From Thermoanaerobaculia bacterium (GTDB lineage Bacteria; Acidobacteriota; Thermoanaerobaculia; Gp7-AA8), in assembly GCA_035995985.1 (NCBI GenBank), contig DASYJY010000035.1, positions 378 to 64,377 of the forward strand: a stretch of 64,000 nucleotides of DNA, in the 5' to 3' direction. This document shows, one piece after another, positions 9,221-18,546 of this stretch. A program made the position numbers and the translations under genes. How positions within the stretch are numbered: position 1 is the first letter of the stretch; the number at the start of each line of letters is the position of its first letter. A model generated the notes under the pieces. That model ran no database searches and was not told the DNA's origin. It worked only from the letters and a program-made list of their open reading frames with translations.

Positions 9221-9592
9221 CTAGGTTCCCGCCTCCAGAAACATATCCTCCAGATCGATTTTCTCGATATCTCCGTCGTCGACGACGGCGCGGACGACGG
9301 TGCCGTCGCGTTTGAGGGTAATGATGGTGGGGTCGGGCGTTTCGCCGACTTCCTGGCGGAGCGACGGGGTGATGGCATCATCGGTGGTGACCTGGACGGC
9401 GCAGCGCGGGATCGGCCCGAACGAGTCGCGGCCGCTGATTTCGCCCGCGAGCTCGGCTAACTCCGTGGCGCGGCGGCTGGAGCCGACGATGAGCATTCGG
9501 ACCTGATCGGTGGCGAGCACCTGATCGAGAGACTTATCCCGTGGGACGATGACGGGAGCGGGCATGGGCGCTAACCCTCCTTCGGGGTGCAA
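9221..9592 (-). CDS. hypothetical protein
   Basis: 123-aa ORF downstream of and co-directional with the M16 peptidase gene. No motif recognised. Confidence 0.35.
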   Translation of the reverse strand: MHPEGGLAPMPAPVIVPRDKSLDQVLATDQVRMLIVGSSRRATELAELAGEISGRDSFGPIPRCAVQVTTDDAITPSLRQEVGETPDPTIITLKRDGTVVRAVVDDGDIEKIDLEDMFLEAGT

Positions 9593-9625
9593 GAGTACAC
9601 AAGAGGCCGTTCGACTGCGTCGGAA

Positions 9626-10911
9626 TTACGCGACCGCCTGCCGCAGCATGTCGGTGGAGATGCCTGGCGATTTCAGATTCCCAATTAGTGTCAGCGAGAG
9701 CGAGTCTGGATCCACGATCGTGCCGGCCACGTGTGCGATGTCTTCGAGCGTAACGGCGTCGATGGCAGCGATGATTTCGTCGGGGGAAAACTGGCGGCCG
9801 AAGTAGTACTCCTGCCGGGCCAGTCCGGACATCCGGCTGACGGTCGATTCGAGCGAGAGCAGGATCGATCCCTTCAGGTGCAACTTGGCCGAGCTCAGCT
9901 CCTCGGCGGTGGCGCCGCCGCTCTTGATCAGCCGCATTTCCGTGAGAGTCATGTCGAGTACGCGTTTGAGATTCTTCGGCGCGCAGGCAGCGTAGATGGC
10001 CTCGTAGCCGCCGTTGACGTAGCCGTTGTGGTACGACATGACGGTGTAGACGAGGCCAGCTTTTTCGCGGATTTTCTGGAAGAGCCGCGAGGACATGCCG
10101 CCGCCGAGGATGGCGTTGAAGAGCGCCGCGGCGTAGCGCTCGTCGCCCTGCTGCGGAAAGCCGCGCGAGCCGAGGCAGAGGTGAACCTGCTCGAGCTCGC
10201 GCTTCTCGCGGAGGATGACGTGTTGGGCCGGCGTCGGCGCGTTCCACGTGACCTGGACCGGCGGCTTGGTGTCGTTGGCGAACGTCGTCTCCAGAAACGG
10301 GAGGATTTCCTCCGGCCGCACGTTTCCGGACGCGCAGAAAATCATGTTGGACGGATGGAAGGTTTCGTCGTAGTGCGCGAGGATCTGCTTTCGTCCGAGG
10401 CGGTTCACCGTCTCCTCCGTGCCGAGGATCGGACGGCCGAGCGGATGGTCGGGCCAGAACGCGGTAACGAAGATTTCATGGACCAGATCGTCCGGCGTGT
10501 CCTCGACCATCTTGATTTCTTCGAGGATGACGCCGCGCTCCACTTCGAGATCGTCATCGGTGAAGCGCGGTGAGATGAGGATGTCGGTGAGGAGGCTGAG
10601 CGCCGTTTGCACCTGCTCGTCGAGAACGTGGCAGTAGAACGAGGTGTACTCCTTGCCGGTGAAGGCATCAACGTCGCCGCCGAGGATGTCGATGACTTTG
10701 GCGATGTCGCTTGTCGAACGCGTGGCCGTGCCCTTGAAGACCAGATGCTCGAGGAAGTGCGACGCGCCGCTGTGCTCTTCCGACTCGACCGCGGAGCCGC
10801 TGCGCAGGTAGTAGCCGAGCGCGACGGAGCGAACGTAGGGGAGCGTCTCGATCAGGATTGTCAGCCCCGAGGGGAGGACGTAGCGGCTGACGTTTTGCAG
10901 GTTGGATGACA
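9626..10911 (-). CDS. M16 family zinc peptidase (insulinase/pitrilysin-like)
   Basis: Inverted zinc motif HFLEHLVFKGT (HxxEH) with downstream E, and a second inactive-like M16 domain. Start taken at MSSNLQNV; the track ORF has a 57-codon Arg-rich 5' extension judged artefactual. Confidence 0.85.
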
Positions 10912-10964
10912 TTCGTAGCGGGATTGTAGTTCGCGTTCGCCGCACCGTGTAGGATCGTGAGGTC

Positions 10965-11714
10965 GTGAAGAGCCGCGAAGAAATCGTGCCGCCGCCCGAT
11001 CCACCGGCGCACTTGATGGGCGGGATCGGATCGGGTGATTTCTGGCAGATCGGCAATGAAATCGCCGGCCTGACGATGGCCACCGCCCGCCTCTATCCGG
11101 ACGACCGGATTCTCGATGTGGGCTGCGGTCTGGGCCGAGTGGCCTTGCCGCTGTCACGGCTGCTCGATCAGCGCGGCAGCTACGATGGATTCGATACATC
11201 CCTTGAATACGTCGAGTGGTGCATGCGCAACCTCCCGCTTGATCCGGCGAGATTTCGTTTTCGTCATTTCGACATCAAGAGCTCGCATTACAACGACAAC
11301 GGCGCGATCTCCGCGGAAGCGTTTCCGTTTCCGTGGCCGGAAAAATCATTCAGCCTTGCCATTGCGGTGTCGCTGTTTACGCATCTATCAGCAGCGGCAA
11401 CGACGAACTATCTGCGCGAGATCGCGCGCACATTGCAGCCGAATGGACGGCTGTTCGCGTCCTTTTACGTTCTCGACGAACAGTCGCGGCAACTGGCCGA
11501 AAGCGACACGACCGATCCTCAATTCACGGCGCATTTCGACGAAGGAATGATCGGCGATCCCGCGAATCCCGAAGCCGCGGTCGCCTTCAATGCGGAGTGG
11601 CTGGCGGCGGCGTTGGAGTCGGCCGGTCTGATGTTTGATGCGTTCTATCCCGGCCGGTGGCGGCACCTGCCGGTGATGTCGCACCAGGACATTCTGATCA
11701 CCCACAAGCCGTAG
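10965..11714 (+). CDS. class I SAM-dependent methyltransferase
   Basis: Motif I ILDVGCGLGRV, and post-I acidic and motif II segments. GTG start. Confidence 0.7.
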   Translation: MKSREEIVPPPDPPAHLMGGIGSGDFWQIGNEIAGLTMATARLYPDDRILDVGCGLGRVALPLSRLLDQRGSYDGFDTSLEYVEWCMRNLPLDPARFRFRHFDIKSSHYNDNGAISAEAFPFPWPEKSFSLAIAVSLFTHLSAAATTNYLREIARTLQPNGRLFASFYVLDEQSRQLAESDTTDPQFTAHFDEGMIGDPANPEAAVAFNAEWLAAALESAGLMFDAFYPGRWRHLPVMSHQDILITHKP

Positions 11715-11723
11715 AACGGAGCG

Positions 11724-12386
11724 CTAATGGAACTGGGTATTGGCCGCCGCGATGCGCGCCGCCTTCTCTTGGTCATAGTCGATCGCGGTGTAGACCCACG
11801 TTTCGTAGGTGTCCGCGCCGAAAAGCGTCGCGAGCGATTTGCCGTGCGCGGCCGGGCGAACGCCGATGAACGGACCGCCCGCGTAGTCTTTGATCGGGAT
11901 GCCGGGAAGGGCGGGCGGCGCGTTGGGATTCGTGCCGGTGGTGCCGCTTGTATCTGTTGACGGTGCAGGAGGTGGAGGCGGCGGCAGCGGGCCGGGCGGG
12001 CCGCCGTTCGGCGTGGTGAAGTGCGCCGGGAGCGATCCGGCCGCGGCCTGCGGGATGATCAGCCAGTCCACCTCGCCTGTGAGGGGATCGATGTACTCGC
12101 CCTTCACTCCCCGAATCATCCGCGGCTGGCGCGCGTCCTTGAGTTGCTGAATCGAGGTCGGATACGTGGTGTTCTTCGTTTTGAAGTCGGAAACGGCCAT
12201 CGCATATTGATGCATGGCGTAGATCGTTTCCTGCTCCCGCTCGCGCTTCATGACGGTCGACCACATCCGCGGCACGGTGTACGCGACGACGATCATCATG
12301 ATCGTCATGACTACGAGCAGGCCGGCGAGCGTGAAGCCCGATTCGTCCGCGTTACCAGCTCTTGTACGGGGTGCCATCGAGTCCAT
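11724..12386 (-). CDS. GspG-like pseudopilin paralog with atypical leader (GFTLAG, no Glu+5) and poly-Pro linker
   Basis: Hydrophobic N-terminus ESGFTLAGLLVVMTIMMIVVAYT, a PPGPLPPPPPPAP tract, and a C-terminal pilin-like domain. Start taken at an internal Met; the alternative is 12377. Confidence 0.65.
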   Translation of the reverse strand: MDSMAPRTRAGNADESGFTLAGLLVVMTIMMIVVAYTVPRMWSTVMKREREQETIYAMHQYAMAVSDFKTKNTTYPTSIQQLKDARQPRMIRGVKGEYIDPLTGEVDWLIIPQAAAGSLPAHFTTPNGGPPGPLPPPPPPAPSTDTSGTTGTNPNAPPALPGIPIKDYAGGPFIGVRPAAHGKSLATLFGADTYETWVYTAIDYDQEKAARIAAANTQFH

Positions 12387-12783
12387 TGCCGGGAGCCTGG
12401 CTGTGTACGTCGTAGATGCCCGGAGCCGCGTTTTCCGACGCTGCTGCCGGATCAGTCGGAACCGCATTCGGGTCGGAAGGATCGGGCGTGTTCTGCACTT
12501 CCTCCCAATCCGCTTTCATCGTGATCGGGTCCTTGGGAACAGCGCGAAGGTAGTGCTCCTGCGCAAGCGCCTGGATGCTTTGCGGATACTTCTGCTTGTC
12601 GGCGTAATAGTCGTCGATCGATTTGCGCATCTCGAACAGGTCGTGGCGCAGCGCCGACTCGCGCGCTTTGGTCTGCGCCCACTTGACGTTCGACACGGCC
12701 ACGGCCGCGAGGATGCCGATGATCGTTACGACGACAATCAATTCGATCAGGGTGAAGCCGGATTGGCGTATCGGTCGTTTCAT
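12352..12783 (-). CDS. gspG: type II secretion system major pseudopilin GspG
   Basis: Prepilin leader MKRPIRQSG|FTLIELIVVVTIIGILAA followed by DLFEMRKSIDDYYADKQKYP (GspG fold signature). Confidence 0.85.
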   Translation of the reverse strand: MKRPIRQSGFTLIELIVVVTIIGILAAVAVSNVKWAQTKARESALRHDLFEMRKSIDDYYADKQKYPQSIQALAQEHYLRAVPKDPITMKADWEEVQNTPDPSDPNAVPTDPAAASENAAPGIYDVHSQAPGNGLDGTPYKSW

Positions 12784-12805
12784 GGTTTGCCTCGGAGTGG
12801 CCACT

Positions 12806-13300
12806 TCACCATTCGTTGTAGTGCGTCTTGCCGTCGAGGGCGGGCGCGGTTGATTTCGAGTGAATCTCGTACACGTTCTTGTCGCCGCCCGATGTGCTGT
12901 CCGGATCGTCGTCAGTCGTAAGAGTGGTCCATTCCGCTTTTCCGGTCATCGGATCGATGAGGTCGCGCTCGCGCAGCAGGCGGGCTTTCTGCCCGCTGGT
13001 GAGCTCGATCGGCTTGGTCAGATCTTCGAGCTTTTTCGGCCACGGCCCCTGCCCGATGTCGGGCGGATCTTTGATCAATCCGTTAGGCGCGCTCGTCGAC
13101 GGCATCCGCAGTTCGTGATAGCGATCGATGGCCTCGGTGATCTTGCGCAGCCGTTCGTGCAGTTCCATTTCCTTCTGACGACGCATGCCAAAGTTGGCCA
13201 GCGGCAAGGCCACCGTGGCCAGGATTCCGACGATCGCGACGACGGTAATCAGCTCGGCGACGGTGAAGCCGGAGCTCCGTTTGTAGGTTCGGGCATGCAT
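12806..13300 (-). CDS. GspG-like pseudopilin paralog
   Basis: Prepilin N-terminus SSG|FTVAELITVVAIVGILA and the GspG-like motif ELHERLRKITEAIDRYHEL. Its ATG overlaps the secretin stop (ATGA). Confidence 0.8.
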   Translation of the reverse strand: MHARTYKRSSGFTVAELITVVAIVGILATVALPLANFGMRRQKEMELHERLRKITEAIDRYHELRMPSTSAPNGLIKDPPDIGQGPWPKKLEDLTKPIELTSGQKARLLRERDLIDPMTGKAEWTTLTTDDDPDSTSGGDKNVYEIHSKSTAPALDGKTHYNEW

Positions 13301-15729
13301 CAGTCGACCTTGGCGCGGCCTCCGGAGACCGAGGCGTTCACGACGCTGCCGGCGCCGTTGGTGAGGTGCGGATCTTCGAGCACGAGATAGGTGTCGCCGG
13401 GAGCGCCGCCGCGTACGCGCAGCGAGGCGATGGAGCCGCCGCCATTGTTGAACTGCAGCGGCTTACCGTTCGATGACGTGATGCGAATCGTGCCGTGCTC
13501 GCGGTCGATCGTGGCCACGGGCGGCGTCTTCAGATCGATCGAGAGTGCCTGTCCGAAGACGACTTCGCTGACGTCGATCGTCATCGGGTTGTAGTGCAGG
13601 AGGATCTGTTTCGTGGTCAGCCCGTCGAGATCCATCCCGACGACGTCCCACATCTTCTCCTCGCCCGGCTTGAACGCCATGTGCATCGGCTGCGGCTGTA
13701 CGCGCGGCGAGAGTCCCGCGGTGTCAGTCGCATCGGCGACGGCGATCGACTGCGCGACCGCCGTGCCGCTGACCGGCTTGCCGATCTGGCTCTGCGGCAC
13801 CGGGGTTGGAGGCTGCGGCGTGGCATTCGGATTCGTCGGAGCGGAGTTGGGCGTGCGGCGGAAGGGATCACTCGGCGCGCTGCCCGGCGTGACCGTGATG
13901 TTCGACGAGGGAATCGGATTGCCGTCGCCATCGACGTTGCCGGCGCTGAATTGCTGCGCGCTGCGCGGCGAGAACGGATCGGCGGTGCTCTGCGACTCAA
14001 GGCGCGGTGAGAGTCCGCGGAAGCTCAGGTTGCTCTGCGTGCCGACCCACATCGGAGCCATGTCGTCTTCGGTGATATCCGGCATGCGGACGATGTGCGG
14101 CGTCATCGTGAGCATGAGGTCCGTGCGGTGGTGCATGTTGTGGTCCTTGGTGAACAGCCGCCCGAGGAGCGGGATGTCGCCGAGGAACGGGGTCTTGTTG
14201 CTGGACGTGAGCTGCGTGTCCTGAATGAGGCCGGCCAGGAAGTTCGTCTCGCCATCTTTGAGACGGATGGTCGCTTCGATCGTGCGCGTGTTGAACGACG
14301 GCGGGGCGTCGGCGCTGGCGGCGGCAGCGATGTCGGAGACTTCGACGGTCAGCTTGAGCGTGACCTCGCCGTTGTGATGGACGCGCGGCTCCATCGAGAC
14401 TTTGATACCGATGTCCTGATACTGGAACGATGTCGCGGGAAGACTTCCCTGCGTGCCGCTCTGCACGCCGGTGACGAACGTAGTGACCGGCACCGGCACG
14501 CGCTGACCGATGTGCAGCGTGGCCTTCTCCCCTTCGGAGATGCGCAGCTCGGGATTCGCGAGGGTCTCGGTGTTGCCGACGCTTTTGATCAGGTTGTAGG
14601 AAATGGACGGAATCGTGAAGACGAGGTTGGCGCTCTTCAGACCGCGAAGGAAATCGAGGTTCTGCAGGACGGGATTGCCCTTGTCGTCGACCGTGCTGGC
14701 CGCACCGAGCGTGCCGCCCAGACCGGTCACGACCGCGCCGATGTCGCGCTGCTTGTCGAGATCGATCTGCAGGAGCTCGACGTCGACGACGACTTCCGCT
14801 TTCGCTTTGTCGTTCGCTTCGATGATCTTCTCGGCGATACGAACTTTGTCCGCGGTGTCGCGGATGGTGATGGCGTTGAGCGCCTTCAGCGGGAAGACAT
14901 TGCGCGCTTCGATCATGGTCCGGACGACGTTCGTGACCTGCTCGGCGTCGCCGTTGGACAGATAGAAGGTGCGGATGACGAGGTCTTCGTAATCGCGGCG
15001 CGCCTGCGGATTGTCGGGGACGATGATGATGGTGTGCTCGTCGAGCGCTTTGTAGAAATGGTTGGCGGCCTGCATGACGCGCTCGAGAGCCTGCTGGGCG
15101 GTGACGTCCTTCAGCTCGACGGCGATGCGGTCGTCCTTCACGGCCTGGTCGAAAAGGATGTTGATGCCGAAGGCGCCGCCGAGCGCTTTGTAGATCTCCT
15201 TGACGGGCGTCTCGTGCGGAAACGAGAGTGTGATCGGCTGATCGGAGGTCGGGCTCAGTTGCGGCGGAGCGGACTTGGTGATGTTCGCCTTGGCGCGTTT
15301 CTTCAGTTCGTCGATCGTGGCGGGCTGTCCGGCCAGCGAGGCTTCGCGCAGCGTGTTGACGGCCTTGCCGTATTCAACGGCGGCGTACTGGTTGGTCGGA
15401 TCGAGCTTGATGACCAGCTCCAGCTCCGTCGCCGCAAGCTGCGTCAGCCGGATCTGATCCTCTCCTCGGGCGTTGAGCGCCGAGGCTCGCAGTGACTTTC
15501 CCTTTTGAAAATGAACGCGGGAGGCTTCCAGTTTGGCGCGGGAGAGATTGATCTGGTAGAGCGAGTTCGATGGATCGACGTCGAGCGCTTTCTGGTACTG
15601 GATGACGGCCTGATCCCAGTCCTTCGTCGTCTCAGCGGTCTTCGCTTTCTGAAACGCGTTGTAGCTGGTGCACGAGAGCAGCGTCAGCGACAACGCGATG
15701 GCGGTGATTCCGAGTTTCGTCTGGTTCAT
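13300..15729 (-). CDS. secretin (GspD/PilQ family) lipoprotein with N-terminal TPR-like region and ~260-aa C-terminal extension
   Basis: Lipobox LTLLSC. TPR-like helices within residues 40-150. N0/N1-like domains. Secretin domain ending LMLTMTPHIVRMPD. Then a Pro/Ser-rich linker plus a beta-rich C-terminal domain. Confidence 0.85.
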   Translation of the reverse strand: MNQTKLGITAIALSLTLLSCTSYNAFQKAKTAETTKDWDQAVIQYQKALDVDPSNSLYQINLSRAKLEASRVHFQKGKSLRASALNARGEDQIRLTQLAATELELVIKLDPTNQYAAVEYGKAVNTLREASLAGQPATIDELKKRAKANITKSAPPQLSPTSDQPITLSFPHETPVKEIYKALGGAFGINILFDQAVKDDRIAVELKDVTAQQALERVMQAANHFYKALDEHTIIIVPDNPQARRDYEDLVIRTFYLSNGDAEQVTNVVRTMIEARNVFPLKALNAITIRDTADKVRIAEKIIEANDKAKAEVVVDVELLQIDLDKQRDIGAVVTGLGGTLGAASTVDDKGNPVLQNLDFLRGLKSANLVFTIPSISYNLIKSVGNTETLANPELRISEGEKATLHIGQRVPVPVTTFVTGVQSGTQGSLPATSFQYQDIGIKVSMEPRVHHNGEVTLKLTVEVSDIAAAASADAPPSFNTRTIEATIRLKDGETNFLAGLIQDTQLTSSNKTPFLGDIPLLGRLFTKDHNMHHRTDLMLTMTPHIVRMPDITEDDMAPMWVGTQSNLSFRGLSPRLESQSTADPFSPRSAQQFSAGNVDGDGNPIPSSNITVTPGSAPSDPFRRTPNSAPTNPNATPQPPTPVPQSQIGKPVSGTAVAQSIAVADATDTAGLSPRVQPQPMHMAFKPGEEKMWDVVGMDLDGLTTKQILLHYNPMTIDVSEVVFGQALSIDLKTPPVATIDREHGTIRITSSNGKPLQFNNGGGSIASLRVRGGAPGDTYLVLEDPHLTNGAGSVVNASVSGGRAKVD

Positions 15730-15797
15730 TCGTTTCAATCCTGGGTAGCCAGCATGAGTTATCTGCTGATCACTCTGACGGTAGCATTTCGTAAAGG

Positions 15798-16472
15798 TCA
15801 CTGGCCGAGCGGCACACGCGTCTTGACGTCGACGGGGAAGCCGACGTAGCCGATCTCGACCGATTCGATGCCGATGCTGCGCAGCACGAACTTGCCGTCG
15901 ATCGTTTCACCGACGCGTACGTTGACGATCTCGCCGTTGCCGTTGAACGTCGCGATCGGATTGTTGACCGGCCCGAAAGTGCCGATGTACTTCATCGTGA
16001 ATTGCGGCGGTTGGGGAACCTGTGGCTTAGGCGGATTGGCCGCGAGCCAAGCCGCGTAATCGGGATCGCACACGTCACCCTTGCCGTTTGCGTTGTCGTC
16101 TTTCTGGTCAGGGTTGTAGGTGGTCGGACAGTTATCCCGGAAGTCAGGGATGCCGTCGTTGTCCTTGTCGGGAGGAGGCGGCGCCGCTTTCGGTGGGGGC
16201 TCCGGCGGTTTTGGTGGTGGCTCAACGTAGCCGAAGAGATTCCGCGCACTCTTATAGCTGCCGCTCTGCGCGTCCAGCCATTCGGTATGCAGCATGGGAA
16301 CGCCGGGCGTGGCGACCGTTTTCGCAATGCGCGCCGGATGCGGCGATGTGGCCGGCCGCGCCGGCGCCGGATCGACGGTATTCGACGTCGAAGCGAACGA
16401 ATAGATCGCAAAGAGGGCGATCAGAATGACGCCGACGACGGTCCAGGTTTTCCAGTTCATCCAATCCATCAC
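15798..16472 (-). CDS. PilP-like inner-membrane pilus assembly protein with embedded thrombospondin-type-3-like Ca-binding repeat
   Basis: N-terminal TM helix, a Pro-rich linker, DKDNDGIPDFRDNCPTTYNPDQKDDNANGKGDVCD, and a C-terminal beta domain. Sits between the pilO and secretin genes. Confidence 0.5.
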   Translation of the reverse strand: MMDWMNWKTWTVVGVILIALFAIYSFASTSNTVDPAPARPATSPHPARIAKTVATPGVPMLHTEWLDAQSGSYKSARNLFGYVEPPPKPPEPPPKAAPPPPDKDNDGIPDFRDNCPTTYNPDQKDDNANGKGDVCDPDYAAWLAANPPKPQVPQPPQFTMKYIGTFGPVNNPIATFNGNGEIVNVRVGETIDGKFVLRSIGIESVEIGYVGFPVDVKTRVPLGQ

Positions 16473-17080
16473 AACTGCCGGTTCGCGGCTGGCGCGGTCG
16501 AGCGCACGTCCTTGAATAAGGTTTTGAGTCGAATATTGAGCGTCAGGACCTTGTCGGTTCCGTTCCCGTTCGCGCCGAGGCCGATGCTGTCGATGATCAC
16601 GAACTGATCGGACAATTCGAGCAGATTGATCAGCCGCCGGATTTCTTCATACGTTCCCTGAACAGTGAATGCAATGCCTACCGTAGTCGTGCCGATCGAT
16701 CCTTTTGTCGACGGTGCATTCGAGAGCTGTTTCGACTCGCCGGTCGTGAATGCGTATGCGGGCGGCTGCAGGTGGCTGGCAGCCGCGAGCCGTTTCACTT
16801 CATCGATCAGCGCGGTCAGACGCTGCATCGGCGTCGACCAGCGCTCGTTGTAGAGCACCTGCAGGTCAGTCTGCACTTTCTTGTAGGCGGCGAGCTGCTG
16901 TTCCGCCGTCATGCGCGCATTGCGCGCCTGATCGAGTTGGGCCTCGCTCTGTGTCTGACGCGCATCGAGGTCGTGCAAACGGCTGACGTACTGGACGCGG
17001 TACGTGAAGAAAAAGAGCGTGTTCGCCAGCAGCAGGAGGCCGAGGACGATCAGCAGGACGCGCTTCTCACGCCAGATCAT
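16469..17080 (-). CDS. PilO/GspM-like pilus assembly protein
   Basis: Single N-terminal TM helix, a coiled coil, and a C-terminal ferredoxin-like domain. 4-nt overlaps with both neighbours. Confidence 0.7.
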   Translation of the reverse strand: MIWREKRVLLIVLGLLLLANTLFFFTYRVQYVSRLHDLDARQTQSEAQLDQARNARMTAEQQLAAYKKVQTDLQVLYNERWSTPMQRLTALIDEVKRLAAASHLQPPAYAFTTGESKQLSNAPSTKGSIGTTTVGIAFTVQGTYEEIRRLINLLELSDQFVIIDSIGLGANGNGTDKVLTLNIRLKTLFKDVRSTAPAANRQL

Positions 17081-17658
17081 TCGACCCTCCGCGCGATCGA
17101 CGGACGATAGTCGACGCCGAGCGTGAAGTGATACTCCGTTCCGGTGCCGATCATCGTTTCCGACGTCGGGAAGGCGTTGGCGAAGTGCGGATCGCCGTTG
17201 AAGCGGTTGATCGTGGCGGTGAGACCTTCACCGGTCTTGGTGATGCATGTCATCGAGAGGTGCACCAGTCCGTCTTTGTCGAACGACGGCGCGACCGACT
17301 GGAGCCGCACGTCGGTCGGCAGCACTTTCTCGAGGCGGTCGAGCAACTCGCTCCAGGAGAAGGCACGCTCGGCGAGCTGCGCGTTGGCGAACTCGGTCTG
17401 CGAGGCCAGCTGCTTGAGATCGACGACGCGAAGGCGCTGCGCGAACGTTTCGGTGCGGCGCTGTTCGTCGGCGATCTGCAGTTCGAGTTTGGCGATGTTC
17501 GCGCGCGTCGTTTTCGTTTCCGTGCGGTAGCGCAGAAACGTGTCGACGTTATTGAGCGCGAGAAACGCCGTCAGCACAGCCATGATGACCACGGCCGCGT
17601 AGACGGGCCGGTAATCGCGGAACGGCCGCGCGGCAAGGTTGAGATGGATCGGCTTCAC
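17077..17658 (-). CDS. PilN-like pilus assembly protein
   Basis: GTG start giving VKPIHLNLAARPFR, then a TM helix and a coiled coil. The GTG overlaps the pilM stop (GTGA). Confidence 0.7.
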   Translation of the reverse strand: MKPIHLNLAARPFRDYRPVYAAVVIMAVLTAFLALNNVDTFLRYRTETKTTRANIAKLELQIADEQRRTETFAQRLRVVDLKQLASQTEFANAQLAERAFSWSELLDRLEKVLPTDVRLQSVAPSFDKDGLVHLSMTCITKTGEGLTATINRFNGDPHFANAFPTSETMIGTGTEYHFTLGVDYRPSIARRVE

Positions 17659-18545
17659 CCTGTGAATACTCCCGTGGCGGCGGTCAGCTCCGCTTCGTAT
17701 GCGCCGGCGTCGCCCGGCGACTGTTCGGCCACGTCGCGCAAGGAAATCTTGACGACTGGCGCCGAGAACTCGCTGCCGATCGTACCGGTCACCTCGCCAT
17801 TGATACCGTTGCCGACCACGTAGCATTTTTCAACCGACGTGGTCTGGAACGTGTCGCGAAGATACGTCGCGGAGAGCCGGATCTCCTGCTGGAGCGTCCG
17901 TTCGCCGTTGAGATTACGCGAGCGAATGAACAGCGGCTGCGCGCCGCGGAAGACGGCGGTGGTGAAGTCGTGATCGCGGATGTAGAAGAAGATGCGGTCG
18001 CGCGTGGTCGCGGCTTCGCGGGCGGTGATCGCGTTCCAGACGTTGAGGCCGGCCGGCTCGATGAGGATGACTTCGATTCCGGCGGCTTCGAACAAGCGTT
18101 CGATCGCGCTGATGGTGGCATTGACGGCGCTGACCGCGAGAATGCGCGGCGGCGTCCGGCTGAGCACTTCATACGACAGCCGCAGCTCCGTCGGATCGAC
18201 CGGCATGGTGCGGCGCAGGCTCCAGCGGATCACTTCCGCGGCTTCGCTGGCGCGCTCCGGCAAGGTCTGCAACTCGATGATGTTCATGCGGAACCAGGAG
18301 TCGGGCAGGAGCAGCGAGAGCTTGTCCCATCGTCCCGTTTCGAGCTTCATGCGCCGGATCGTTTCGGCCAGCAGCGCTTCGTTGCGCAGCTCGGGCGTGA
18401 CCACGCCGGCCGCGAAGACATCGTCGCGCAGCGGGTAACTCTTCGCCTGCAGGATCTGCATCTCTTTCCGTCCGCGGCCTACACGGGCGTGGACGAGAGA
18501 ATCGTTATCCAGTACGACGACGTCAGGTGGGAAAGAGCGCGCCAT
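17655..18545 (-). CDS. PilM-like actin-fold pilus assembly protein
   Basis: 296 aa with actin-like ATPase-fold segments. First gene of a pilMNOP-secretin block. Confidence 0.7.
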   Translation of the reverse strand: MARSFPPDVVVLDNDSLVHARVGRGRKEMQILQAKSYPLRDDVFAAGVVTPELRNEALLAETIRRMKLETGRWDKLSLLLPDSWFRMNIIELQTLPERASEAAEVIRWSLRRTMPVDPTELRLSYEVLSRTPPRILAVSAVNATISAIERLFEAAGIEVILIEPAGLNVWNAITAREAATTRDRIFFYIRDHDFTTAVFRGAQPLFIRSRNLNGERTLQQEIRLSATYLRDTFQTTSVEKCYVVGNGINGEVTGTIGSEFSAPVVKISLRDVAEQSPGDAGAYEAELTAATGVFTG

Positions 18546-18546
18546 A

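Noticed and set aside
9626-11083. 57-codon N-terminal extension of the M16 peptidase ORF
   Set aside because: The Arg/Thr-rich extension has no signal-peptide or M16 character. The start is more plausibly the Met at MSSNLQNV.
14095-15495. 466-aa plus-strand ORF within the secretin gene
   Set aside because: Antisense artefact; the secretin frame carries the domain signatures.
17659-17826. Arg-rich 56-codon extension upstream of pilN
   Set aside because: It overlaps the pilM coding region. The GTG at 17658 gives the canonical PilN N-terminus and a GTGA coupling overlap.
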